A stretch of DNA of 64,000 nucleotides from Pavona decussata. Lineage: Eukaryota. Below are positions 38,755 through 48,689 of the stretch, piece by piece. The position numbers were made by a program, and so were the translations under genes. The notes under the pieces are model-generated. The model searched no databases. It saw only the letters and a list, made by a program, of their open reading frames with translations, and was not told the origin of the DNA. Position 1 is the stretch's first letter, and every line of letters begins with the position of its first letter. The stretch lies in NCBI GenBank assembly GCA_977016875.1, contig CDRNST010000056.1:806001-870000 (forward strand), read 5' to 3'.

Positions 38755-39070
38755 ATGGCGCGCAAGCTTAGGTGCCAGATGTGCTCCACTTTTTACTCGT
38801 TGACAATGGCTTTAATACTGAGTCATTTGCTTAAAGTTCACCAAAGTAATCCTGACTTTTTCATCCGAATGTGATTTCGCTGGTTGCCAACGCACTTTCA
38901 AGAACGTGCATGCCTACAAAAGCCATCTTAGAAGAGCGCAATTATAAAGAAGTCAATCTTCATCAACCGGTCGTGCGTCATGAAGACAGTGTAGCAGAAG
39001 AAGGCATGGAAATTGTAATTGAAGATACACCTCCCGAAGAACACGGAAAAAAGCGGAAAAAAATTAAAAC
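38755..39070 (+). pseudogene. N-terminal double C2H2 zinc finger of an EnSpm-type transposase, truncated
   Basis: MARKLRCQMCSTF...LILSHLLKVH..PDFFIR/CDFAGCQRTFKNVHAYKSHLRR with a frameshift near 38869. It runs into the subterminal repeats. Confidence 0.72.
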
Positions 39071-40023
39071 ACTTGTACTGACTAATGATTTTGGTCGTTT
39101 ACACTAATCAAAATAGTCAGAGTTAAATGACTAATCTCTATGGTTAAAACACCTATTATTAAAGGTTATTTTAACTATTTTAATTTGTTGACAATTTCAA
39201 CTGTTAGGAATGGTTAAAATGACCATTGTTATTAGTCGTGACTATTTAAAATAGTCATTTTAACTAGTCAGTTTTTGCAGTGAAGCTGTGATTTTATCAT
39301 TAACGAGTTCCACACTCACGTTTTTGGCGCCAATGAACTTGGCAATGACTAGTGAAAGACAAACAAATCAATCTCTACAATTAGCTTACCTGGCACTGCG
39401 TACTTTTTCACATCCTCTAAAAAGTTTACATCGGGAAGGGTTGTTCCCTCATCATTTCTCCCTCCCATGCCGGTGGCACTTTTATTCTTTTTCTCGGGAA
39501 CAGGCAGACTATTCAAATCGGGAAGGGGGACTTGAAGTTTTCTCTTCGTGCCTGCTTTTTCTACTTGCCCACCGGTTGTTTTACTAGTGTCATTAACGTC
39601 AATGTCACCAACGTCAATTGGCGTTGTTGGAACTTGGCCAATGGAACTCGCATCTTGAGTTTTTTCCCCAATCTCGTTAAATCGCTCGACAAAGTACGTT
39701 GCCGAATAACATGAACTCTTAAACGATTCCAAGAATTCGTTCTTTGAGAAATCAAACATGTTGACTATCAATCCAATGTAATCTTCAGAGGTTTGAATCT
39801 AGAATTATAGAGAAAACCTACCCTTAAAAATAGATCTTGGCAAACAACGTGAACTTGACAAATAAAGAGCACTTTTGAACTGATCATTTGCCTTTGTCTC
39901 CATTTTACTCTACACGCGTAACAAAATATATTCGTGCGTTTGTAAGTAAAACTGAAATACGTGACAGTGGAAATCCACCTTTTGATAAGTCTTCTTAGTA
40001 CATTTAGAAAATTTGGTAAAGTA

Positions 40024-40087
40024 ACAAAATCAGGTATCAGGGATAAGTATAAAATGATATATATTTATCCCTGATACCTGATTTTGT
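40024..40087. repeat. Perfect 23-bp-arm hairpin
   Basis: ACAAAATCAGGTATCAGGGATAA (40024-46) and its reverse complement (40065-87). Confidence 0.9.
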
Positions 40088-40906
40088 GTGTCTAGATGTC
40101 TGGCAGCCGGACAGGATTTTCAAAATACTCCGTGTCCAGTAGTCTGATAGTTTCTCAATTTCGGGTCTTTGTACGCGAAATAGTCGATTTATGCAATGCT
40201 ATTTTTGTTTGCATCGCGAAGAAGTTGTCGAGTACAGTTCTCAATTTGTCGTGTCGATTTCTCTTACCGCTCCACACTCTATGCATCATCAGACTTGGAA
40301 ATTATTTGCGTGTTTGCAGTGACTGCAGGACAGTATTACTGGCAGTCTCATAATTTCTTTAATTTCGAGTCCATTTACGCGAAATAACCGATTTATGCAA
40401 TGCTATCTTTGTTTGGATTGCTAAAAGTTGTCGATTACAGTTCGATTTCAGTTATGCACCAGTCAATTGAAACCCCCACCCCCCAGGTCCCGGGGAAGGG
40501 TGGGGGATTTGACATAGGCTCTGGTCAAAAGGCATCAATATCCCTACCCCCTGAGGCTGGAGTTCAGATCAAACGCCACTACCCCTGGGGCAAGAAAGCT
40601 GATACTATCAAAAGTTCTAAGAAAAGAACGTGCAAGACCTACATTTACATGGGAAAATTTAATAATGTTCTTCTTCCAGGTTTGTGCAGCTTTGATTAAA
40701 ATGCTAATCACACTCTCATACAGTTTGTTCAACTATTAAACGAAGGAAAAGCATGCTGTATTTCATTATTGGTCATGACCATCTCATTACATGTATTTAA
40801 TAGACTGCAAATTAGTGAAATTTGAAATACACTGTATATATTATCACACAAACTCCGTTTATTTGGCTCAAGTTCAGTTTTTTAGAAATTTAATACCTTA
40901 AACTGT

Positions 40907-43900
40907 CTACTGAGGTGAATTCTCCATGGCTGCAACCTTGCACTGTGCGCAAATCCACTCTCCACTTGGTGCTGTTGAAAGCCCCACACACTGAAAATGG
41001 AACCACTCTATGGGACAGTCTTTATGTTCACAGGCAATCATGTCTCCACACTCTGGCCCTCCACAAATACACCACGAGTCAGGGGTGTCAACAGCTGCTT
41101 TACTAGACTTCTTCTTGAGAGAGTTCTCTTTTCTTTTTGCAGAAGCTTTCTGGGCACCTGCTTGGCGATGTTTCCTCACATCACTTAGGTGTCTTACCCA
41201 CATCTCAACTTCATCGGTACGGAGTAAGGTTTGCTTTGCTAGTTTCTCTATCTCATCGGACGTCAGTTCCAGACATTCCTTTTGTTTTTTGTCAAAGGCA
41301 TCTTTTATCACAGTACTTGGAGGAGAAATGGAGGCTTTGCTCAAATTGCAGTTATCCACTGCTAGCACCTCTTCTGGTCCCTTGTAGTGTCCACTACAAA
41401 TACCACTGCACTTGTCACATTCCTTGGCTCCCCAAGGTCGTTTAGGGTCTGGTACTGGAAATGGCAGGTACTGAATACTTGGCCCTCCTGGGAACCATAA
41501 TGAATCATTGGCTGGTTTTCCGTTCTTGCAAACTGGATGGATGCAACCCTCCTTGTAACAGGCTTTGAGAGCAAACACATACCCACTTGGAAGGTTTGGT
41601 ACCATGTGCTGGTTCCGTAAGTTCCAAACCTGTTCAAAGTAATGATATTGATTTGGCTCCTTCTTCTTGAGTTCGGCCTTAGCTGCTTTGGTTCCCCTCA
41701 AATACACAAGTAAATTCTGTCTCTGATCTTTCAGCTCTGTTGCATGCTTATCTGTGGCACCTCTGTACATTTTTATTACAGATGAACCAAATGGTATGTC
41801 ATTGACTCTATCCAAATACACCTGCAGTGCTGCTTCCATGTTTTCGTGTAATCTATCCTGAGATACTCCTCCCGTTTCAGTTTCGGCAGATCCACACAAT
41901 GTCGACGGTATAAAGAGATTAGCATGCGCTCGGCCAACAACACCATTCTGCAGCTCTACAAGATTGTAACAGCTCGCACCACTGTTCCTTGTTGTGACCA
42001 GTGTCAATTCCCTTCCTTCTTTTAGATGCCATTCGGTCCATCGAAACTGTACCTCAACATGACTTGGGCCCTCATCGGCTCCCCCATCAACTCTAATACA
42101 ATCAATGTTCTTTCCTTCAAAACACACATCCATTTCTGCTTTTTCTTTCAAACAGTACAAGTCAGCAAGATGCTGTGTTGCTGTTTTCTCGTGTAGAACG
42201 CCAGGTGCTTTGACAATCCCAACAGACACTTGACCAGTGGTTTCCGTCTTCATGAATAAGTAAGATGATGTTTGAAGTTGACCTCCGTGTTTGCTTACAT
42301 AGTCAGAATGTGACGTGAGTTCTGGCTTTCCTTCCAAGCAGACAGCTTTATGGTTCTTATGTGTGTAAGTACTATCCAGACGGAATCCTGCTTGGTCGTC
42401 TCTATTGAGAATCATTTTATCTGAACCGTCTTTTAGCTGAAGCATATCAAGGCCCTTGTAAAAGCAGTATGACCAACGGCTATCGGGATTGAATTTGACA
42501 TCAAAACCTTTACGTGCTCTTCTGCAAGTTATTGCTGCAACACCCTGGTAACGCTGAGCCGAAATCCTTCTCTTGTTCCTCACGGCACACAACTGAACAA
42601 CGGTACCATACGATATCGATATGCCATACTCCTTTTGTAGATGCTCTTGCATCCTTTTGTAAGTTACTTTAGGCCCTGTAGAATTCTTATTACTCGCGAA
42701 AGTAAAAACTCCAGTTCTTCGCCACTGGTCTGCACCAACCCGGTGTTTCTGAACAAAGTCTTCCATTTTTTTTCCTATATCAGGGTACTTTGTCACAATG
42801 GTAGACACTTTCTTTGGAATCTTGCGTTTAAGAAGGGCTTCTTTAGCTATAAGCTTTGAAGTTTGCCTTTTAGCAGCCATCTTGATTTTTTTTCTTTCTT
42901 GTTGCACTTTTTCTTTTGCTTCATCAGAACAAATATCATTGATTTCACACCAGTCTCCATCATCAGATTCACTGTCGGTCTCAAATATGGCGTTGCCTAG
43001 AGATTGTTTCCGCAGAATCTCTAAATATGCCTGTCTACTAATTTCGATCAATTGCTCTTCTGCTGTTGAAAGATCACTATAGGGGATGAAATCAGCAAAG
43101 TCAACAAGTATTTGATTTAAAACTTCAGGGTTATCTGTTGGTAACATGTTTTTTAGCTCAGCCACAAATGTAAACCAGTTAAGATTGTTTTCTCTTAGTA
43201 TTAACAACAGTGTTTCTCTTGAAGGTGCTGGATTTACAGTTGGATTTTTCAGTATGTCCGTGTCATCTGGATCAAACATACCCCTGTCTGATGTTCCTTT
43301 TTCCTTTGATACTGCATTTTCTTGTGCAACCTTAACAAAAGAACTCCCATGGTCTGAGCTGTCTGTATCATGTTGTCCTTTATTGGAATGCAGCTGATCA
43401 CTTAATGGAAACTCTTCTTCATCTTCTGTTGCATCTTCTGACGAAATCCATTGAACATCTTGAACTTCGCCAAGGTCAGTACTTTCATCCTCTGAATCAC
43501 TGGATTCGTAGTCAAAGCCAATGGTGCGCAAAAGTGCCTTTTCCTTGACTCGTGCAAGCTCTGCCACTGTTTGTTTGATTTCACTTGCCCTTCTAAGGGT
43601 CTCTTCGATTTTCCTTTGTTTTTCGCCGAGATTTTGAACTCCATATCGCTTCCGAGCTTCTTTAGCGCTAAGCTCAGAACAAGCAGTCATTTTTAGTAGC
43701 AGACGATCTGTTTCAGTGGTTGCTAGTTCACATAAGGCGTTTATTTTTTGTCTAGATGGAAGCTTTTCTCTGACATTTGCTTTCTTCGAATGCAAGAACT
43801 GTCTCATTATGACCACAAATCTTTGTGCATCAACTCCAGGTTGGAATTCTGTAGCATACAGTCTTTTTGATCCTGGGCCTTCAGGTGCAATTTCCATGAC

Positions 43901-44203
43901 AATAAGTGGCAGCTGCATTAGCAGCCTTACCGCCTTTGAACTTATATACTTGACCTTTGGAAAGTGTTTGATAAAAAATGCCTTCAGTTCAACAATTCCA
44001 TTATTTATGACATCGTGGGCAAACGAAATCAGTCCCTCGCACTGTGAACAAACTTGTAATTCTGAACAATGTTTCCTAGAGCAAAATTCTCTCCTTGCAG
44101 CAGGAACTTCTTCAAGTGTCATATCATTAATTAACGCAACATATAAACCATCGTCAACTTTGTATTTAGACACATCCGATAAACAAGAAGAAAGATGTGA
44201 CAC
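40907..44203 (-). CDS. DDE transposase (Zator/TP36-like) with C-terminal homeodomain-like helices and ING-type PHD finger
   Basis: 1098-aa open frame, open from ~44267 with no ATG at its 5' end. The putative triad NRDDQAG / RVDGGADEGP / SGASCYNLVE has D-43-E spacing. C-terminus WCICGGPECGDMIACEHKDCPIEWFHFQCVGLSTAPSGEWICAQC. Confidence 0.82.
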   Translation of the reverse strand: MSHLSSCLSDVSKYKVDDGLYVALINDMTLEEVPAARREFCSRKHCSELQVCSQCEGLISFAHDVINNGIVELKAFFIKHFPKVKYISSKAVRLLMQLPLIVMEIAPEGPGSKRLYATEFQPGVDAQRFVVIMRQFLHSKKANVREKLPSRQKINALCELATTETDRLLLKMTACSELSAKEARKRYGVQNLGEKQRKIEETLRRASEIKQTVAELARVKEKALLRTIGFDYESSDSEDESTDLGEVQDVQWISSEDATEDEEEFPLSDQLHSNKGQHDTDSSDHGSSFVKVAQENAVSKEKGTSDRGMFDPDDTDILKNPTVNPAPSRETLLLILRENNLNWFTFVAELKNMLPTDNPEVLNQILVDFADFIPYSDLSTAEEQLIEISRQAYLEILRKQSLGNAIFETDSESDDGDWCEINDICSDEAKEKVQQERKKIKMAAKRQTSKLIAKEALLKRKIPKKVSTIVTKYPDIGKKMEDFVQKHRVGADQWRRTGVFTFASNKNSTGPKVTYKRMQEHLQKEYGISISYGTVVQLCAVRNKRRISAQRYQGVAAITCRRARKGFDVKFNPDSRWSYCFYKGLDMLQLKDGSDKMILNRDDQAGFRLDSTYTHKNHKAVCLEGKPELTSHSDYVSKHGGQLQTSSYLFMKTETTGQVSVGIVKAPGVLHEKTATQHLADLYCLKEKAEMDVCFEGKNIDCIRVDGGADEGPSHVEVQFRWTEWHLKEGRELTLVTTRNSGASCYNLVELQNGVVGRAHANLFIPSTLCGSAETETGGVSQDRLHENMEAALQVYLDRVNDIPFGSSVIKMYRGATDKHATELKDQRQNLLVYLRGTKAAKAELKKKEPNQYHYFEQVWNLRNQHMVPNLPSGYVFALKACYKEGCIHPVCKNGKPANDSLWFPGGPSIQYLPFPVPDPKRPWGAKECDKCSGICSGHYKGPEEVLAVDNCNLSKASISPPSTVIKDAFDKKQKECLELTSDEIEKLAKQTLLRTDEVEMWVRHLSDVRKHRQAGAQKASAKRKENSLKKKSSKAAVDTPDSWCICGGPECGDMIACEHKDCPIEWFHFQCVGLSTAPSGEWICAQCKVAAMENSPQ

Positions 44204-44241
44204 ATATCGTGTATAAATGTCACTCCTAGGAGCGTCTTTAT

Positions 44242-47200
44242 CTACAAAAAATGAGCCTTGCTCCCACTATCAGCACTCCTTGTGCCATTATTGTTGTCTC
44301 CTTGTGACTCATTTTCTGGTGTATCATTCTCTCCAGGTTTATCTCCAGAATGCTTGGCGACTTCATCAGAAACCCTTGACGACTGTGTTTCTTCCTGATT
44401 AGTACAGGTAGCTTTAGTTGAATTTCCTCTGGCTGTACCTGCTTCCTTACTCAATGGTTCTGCTGGTGTAACTGACTTTCCCCAGAAAGATGTCAATGTC
44501 TTAGTTGAACTACTCGAAGACGATGACCCGTCAGAAGACGAGGAACTGGTTGACTGCTTATCTTTGTACCATTTGGCTTTTGCCTGTTTTTTCTGGATAA
44601 GCAACACCTCTTCTTCATGCTTTCTTTTTTCTTTTCGCAGCTTGGTGATCTCCTCTTCTACCGCAGAGGCTCGCATGTACTGTTTAAGTTGCTCATCTCT
44701 TGCTCTCTGTTGTTGCAAAAGTCGTATTCTATCCGCGAGGCTAGCTATATCATCTGTGAGTTCTTCAACCTTCTTAGTACGTAAGTGCTCAGACATTTTC
44801 ATTTTCTTGCTACTGCTACCATGCTCCATTGATCCTGTTCCAAACAATTTTGATCTTGATCTTTTCTTGCTGTAATTGTAGCCGTCATTATCAAGTTTTT
44901 TACGACAAAGTTCTATAAGGTTCTGTTTGTCATCTAACAGAGTGGGATTTTCAATGCACAATTCAAAGGCATTCGCATTCATTCGTTGATGGTATGTTCT
45001 TGAGCTTTTGGCATACAGCACACTTCTCTTCCTGATATCTTCAACATTCAACTCGACGGTCACTTTGTTAGAGTCTGCTAAAGAAGGCTCATTCTAGAGA
45101 ACAATAATGGAAGCCAAGTAACATAAATATATTGTCTGTGGTCTTATTCACACTAGAAAGATTTTGTTTATAATTATTTCTTTCAGATTTCAGTTTCATG
45201 GGTGACTGGATGTCACTGCATTTTAAAGAGCAACTTAACCCTTTAACACCTGTTTACGTCAGCTGACGTAAAAAGTTCATAAAATTGTTAATATTTGGTC
45301 TATTTCAATGAAATTTTGCCACAAAAATGGTCTTGGAAAGATCAGTTCATTTCCAGAATAAAATTGTACCCCTCTAGTATCTATGACCACCCCTGGAACT
45401 TTTGACAATTTTTTGTTTTACACATTTGCAGTGTGAGACATAACTCATGTTACTCTATTAACTGAGAGCTGCAAAATAAGCTATAGTTTGGGGGTATACC
45501 TAGTATGTCTGAAAATTGAGGCATTTCTGAACTTTTTGACTTTGACATTTTCAGCCCGTTTATGTCAAAGCCATGATTTACTTCTCCAATTTTGATATGA
45601 AATAAGGACTGCACTGGTCAAGACCTTTCAAATGGTATATCATACATTGCCATTTAGGTTTTATTTACGAGTTTGGAAAAAGGGGTAGAAAAACTCAGGA
45701 GTGAAAGGGTTAAACTGAATTTCATTAATAAAATTTAATTTTAAAAGCACAAACCAACAATATTCTAGCAATTTGAAAATAAAAATAGTCAACTAATAGG
45801 TTCTCACAAAAAGCTGGGAGAATAGGTTGTTACAGCACACATGTCAATGTAGCAACAACTACTAAATGCAGTCAAAAATCTGCGACCCAGACTAGAACTG
45901 AAAATAAGGTCCAGATAATTGAAGTGTCATGTATGAATACTAATTTAAAGTGCCACTACGATGAAAATTTTTGTATTTCTTTTTCGCTTTTTTTAGTGCA
46001 AATGTATTTAATAGGTTTAGACAAATGCGAATTGCTATAAATTAGATTGATATATTCTTACACGGCCCAGAAATAGCTGACTGAAAACCCACGAAAATCA
46101 CGTAAAATCCGTCCGCCATTACTCCGTTCATAAATCCGAGCCCACGTTTTACTGGTTTGCGATCTGGTACACTTGACTTGATTTGTGACGTAAATGACTC
46201 AACACGTCATGATTATTATTCCCTCCGGGACACAGACAACAAAGCCAAACGGCACGTGTTGAGTGACGTGTTGAGTCTTTGACGTCACAAAATCTTTAGG
46301 AAAACTCGATCCAACTCTCAGGGTTCGGTCCCGGTCATTTTTTAATTGAGTAATGGCGGCAAGCCGAATTCGAAATGTAAAGTTAAAATAATGGCACTTC
46401 CCGTACGAGTTTTGACTTGAAACTTTGCAAGGTAAGAAACAAGTACTTATATTTTCAAAATATGAAAAGGACAGAAAATGTATATTTTTGATCATAGTAC
46501 CACTTTAACAAATTAGAACAAAATTCTAAAATTCTAATATGTTATACATTTTAATATTTTAATTTCTGGCTAAAAACTCAATTTCCAGTTCAGGAAATGT
46601 TTTGTTTCTGCAAATGGTACCAGATGAGTGTATACATTCTTTGTACTTCTAGTGGTCCTCTGGGCCCCCACCCCTGCTTCTTGGAAATTTCCATTACCAC
46701 CCACGGAGGAGATATGAATATTTTTGTTGGAAAACCAAATTTTAATTGCATAGTTCCTACCTCTAAAGCAGGCCCAATTGAAACTGCTCCATCTTTCATC
46801 AATAAGGTTGTCTGTTTTGAACCACTACCAGAACAGTTCCCTGAGGGTGAAAAATAATTATTATATATTGTATTTAGGATGCAAGGCTGTTGCCTAGCAG
46901 GTTTCCGGTAGTCTGGGACACCCAAGGTACTGTTTTTGGTGCCCAGTAAATGTTTTTCCTAACATTTAACTTTTCTCAGGCTGGGCTCATAACTTCTCAG
47001 TTTTTGGCCTTGTGGGCTCCTTTAAATTTTTCTAAGGCAGAAGCCTTGAAATTTATTCACAAAATTCACAATATGAACACTATAATTGGAGTATCAAAAG
47101 ATTCAACTTCATTTTTCTTATTTAAAATTAAAGTAAATATTCAAGACATACTGTCAGAAGAACAGCTTCTTTAGTAGACAAGTATTAAAATATTTGGTCA

Positions 47201-48012
47201 TTGTAATATATATTCTTAGTCAATTATAGTACTTCATTTATAAGGTATCTGCACCTTAAAGTAAATGTGATGCACAATTTGCTATCACATGTGAAATATA
47301 GACCACTTTTTTCAGATTTTTGTTTTATCCTACTATTATTTGGCAAGAATAATAATCAAACAAATGACAAGTTTGTTTACCTTTAACACTTCCCTTCTCA
47401 TTTCTTGTTGTGTGCAGGGAATCTTTGGGCTGTGCAAAAAAAAAAAGCAAAAACAATTAGGGTTTGCAAACAGATCAGTTCCAAAAACTTTTTCAAAAAC
47501 TAAAGTATTATAAACATAAATCAGTGCAGACATACCTGATCGACGGATGTAGGTTGTGAAACATTTGGAGGTGGCTTCGACTGCAAAACATGCACTTGGA
47601 TTTTATCCTTGTGTTCAATGTTTTGAACGGTAACATCGACCCACTCCCCCCAGTCTTCTTCATACTTTTGGAAAATTATCCGTGCTTCACTGTCCAGGCT
47701 AAAACACTCTTTAACTTTTACAGCAACATCTTCATTTTGATGAAGGTCAAGAACCTTACGGCTTTCTTCGTATTGAAATAAAACCTGTAGGAAATCAAAG
47801 AAGAGAACAGCTCATGACCTGACCTTTCCGCATCATTACCCATGCATACCATTTGAATTTCAATGGAAATTAAATGTAAATAATACATCCAAACAATAGA
47901 AAACAAATTACTTGATTCAGATTGAATATCAATTGCAGTGGATGGTAAAGTAAAAGCATGATATGCGTGGATTCAAACCACTGTTACGTACCTTTCTTTC
48001 GCCTTCCGCCAT
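44242..48012 (-). CDS. ORF1 of the Zator-like element: 5 exons, ~416 aa, UBL/PB1-like N-terminus, NAB-NCD2-like domain and coiled coil
   Basis: GT-AG, phase-compatible, stop-free exons 48012-47992, 47784-47536, 47429-47381, 46840-46761 and 45093-44242. Motifs IIFQKYEEDWGEWVDV..IEHKDKIQV and EDIRKRSVLY..MNANAFELCIENPTLL..LIELCRK...GYNYSKKRSRSK. Confidence 0.82.
45239..45709. mobile_element. piggyBac-type MITE in ORF1 intron 4
   Basis: ttaa|CCCTTTAACACC ... GGAGTGAAAGGG|ttaa. Confidence 0.75.
45949..46504. mobile_element. Kolobok-type MITE in ORF1 intron 4
   Basis: ttaa|AGTGCCACTACGATGAAAA ... TTTTGATCATAGTACCACT|ttaa. Confidence 0.75.
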
Positions 48013-48689
48013 CTTGGAAGTTCCATGTGAAGTACTAGTGCCCAGTTCCACTCTTGCCCGAGGTGGGGACGGGAACCGCGGTCGAAAACAGTCAAATGCA
48101 CCACCCCCAGAGGACAGCTTGTTGTTCAAAAGTGATTCGATGCCCCTATTTTCCCCCACCCTTCCCCGGGACCTGGGGGGTGGGGGTTTCAATTGACTGG
48201 TGCATTACTGCCGGGTGCGGAGTGTTTTGAAAATGATGTCCGGCAGTAACCAAAAACACGCAAATAATTTCCAAGTCTGATGATGCATAGAATGCGGAGC
48301 GGTCAGAGAAATCGACACAACAAATTCAGAACTGTAATCGACAACTTCTTTGCGATGCAAACAAAAATAGCATTGCATAAATAGACTATTTTGCGTGCAA
48401 AGACCCGAAATTGAGAAATTATCGGACTGCCGGAGACGGAGTATTTTGAAAATCCTGTCCGGCTGCCGGACATCTAGACACAGCGTTTAATTAATACTAG
48501 TACTTCCAAGATCTCTGAGTGTGGGTATACTTAAAGTCAATATGAGCCAGAATTCGCAAAACTCTTTAGTGGCTTGTTACTTTAAATCATAATCGAACTT
48601 TGAACAAAGCAAAAACTTGCGGTTTTTTACCTTAAGTTTCTCATCTTTTGTGTCGCTTCTCATTACATCAACACTGACAACGTGCCCAA

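Larger units (their letters stand above)
33152..39282. mobile_element. EnSpm/CACTA internally deleted element, 6.1 kb
   Basis: TIRs CACTGTAAAAGTTGACTAGTTAAAA / rc CACTGCAAAAACTGACTAGTTAAAA with a 2-bp AA TSD (33150-51, 39283-84). Subterminal TGACTA/TAGTCA repeats at 39075-39270. Confidence 0.88.
27868..39759 (-). pseudogene. Spliced beta-class N6-adenine/N4-cytosine DNA methyltransferase-like gene, disabled and interrupted by insertions
   Basis: Exons 28887-28657 and 28004-27868 splice in phase to FTREKPLALHTRLISLYGCEGCWILDLCSGAGSAAAACVALTNFNCIVAETNNEWRRMIRRRL. This fits the N6_N4_Mtase C-terminal pattern KPxxLxxxLI..GxxxLDxFxGSG..A...IxxE...RL. Upstream phase-compatible exons are 32811-32719, 31940-31602 (frameshift) and 31010-30725 (two stops). 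Linkage of exons 39759-39390 and 39348-39283 is inferred. Confidence 0.72.
40455..48204 (-). mobile_element. Full-length, apparently autonomous Zator/TP36-like DNA transposon (7,750 bp)
   Basis: Perfect 53-bp TIRs (40455-40507, 48152-48204) starting TGCACCAGTCAATTGAAACC, with a TTA TSD at 40452-54 and 48205-07. Two intact genes inside. The superfamily call rests on motif resemblance. Confidence 0.88.
40087..48482. mobile_element. Long-TIR (~240 bp) MITE split by the Zator-like insertion (halves 40087-40454 and 48205-48482)
   Basis: 40087-40330 is an imperfect inverted copy of ~48240-48482 (TGTGTCTAGATGTC(C/T)GGCAGCCGGACAGGATTTTCAAAATACTCCG...). Confidence 0.85.

Noticed and set aside
40453-48207. 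IS3EU assignment from apparent TAT..(A)TA ends
   Set aside because: There is no 6-bp TSD and no IS3-type integrase core. TTA is better explained as a 3-bp TSD outside TGCACC termini.
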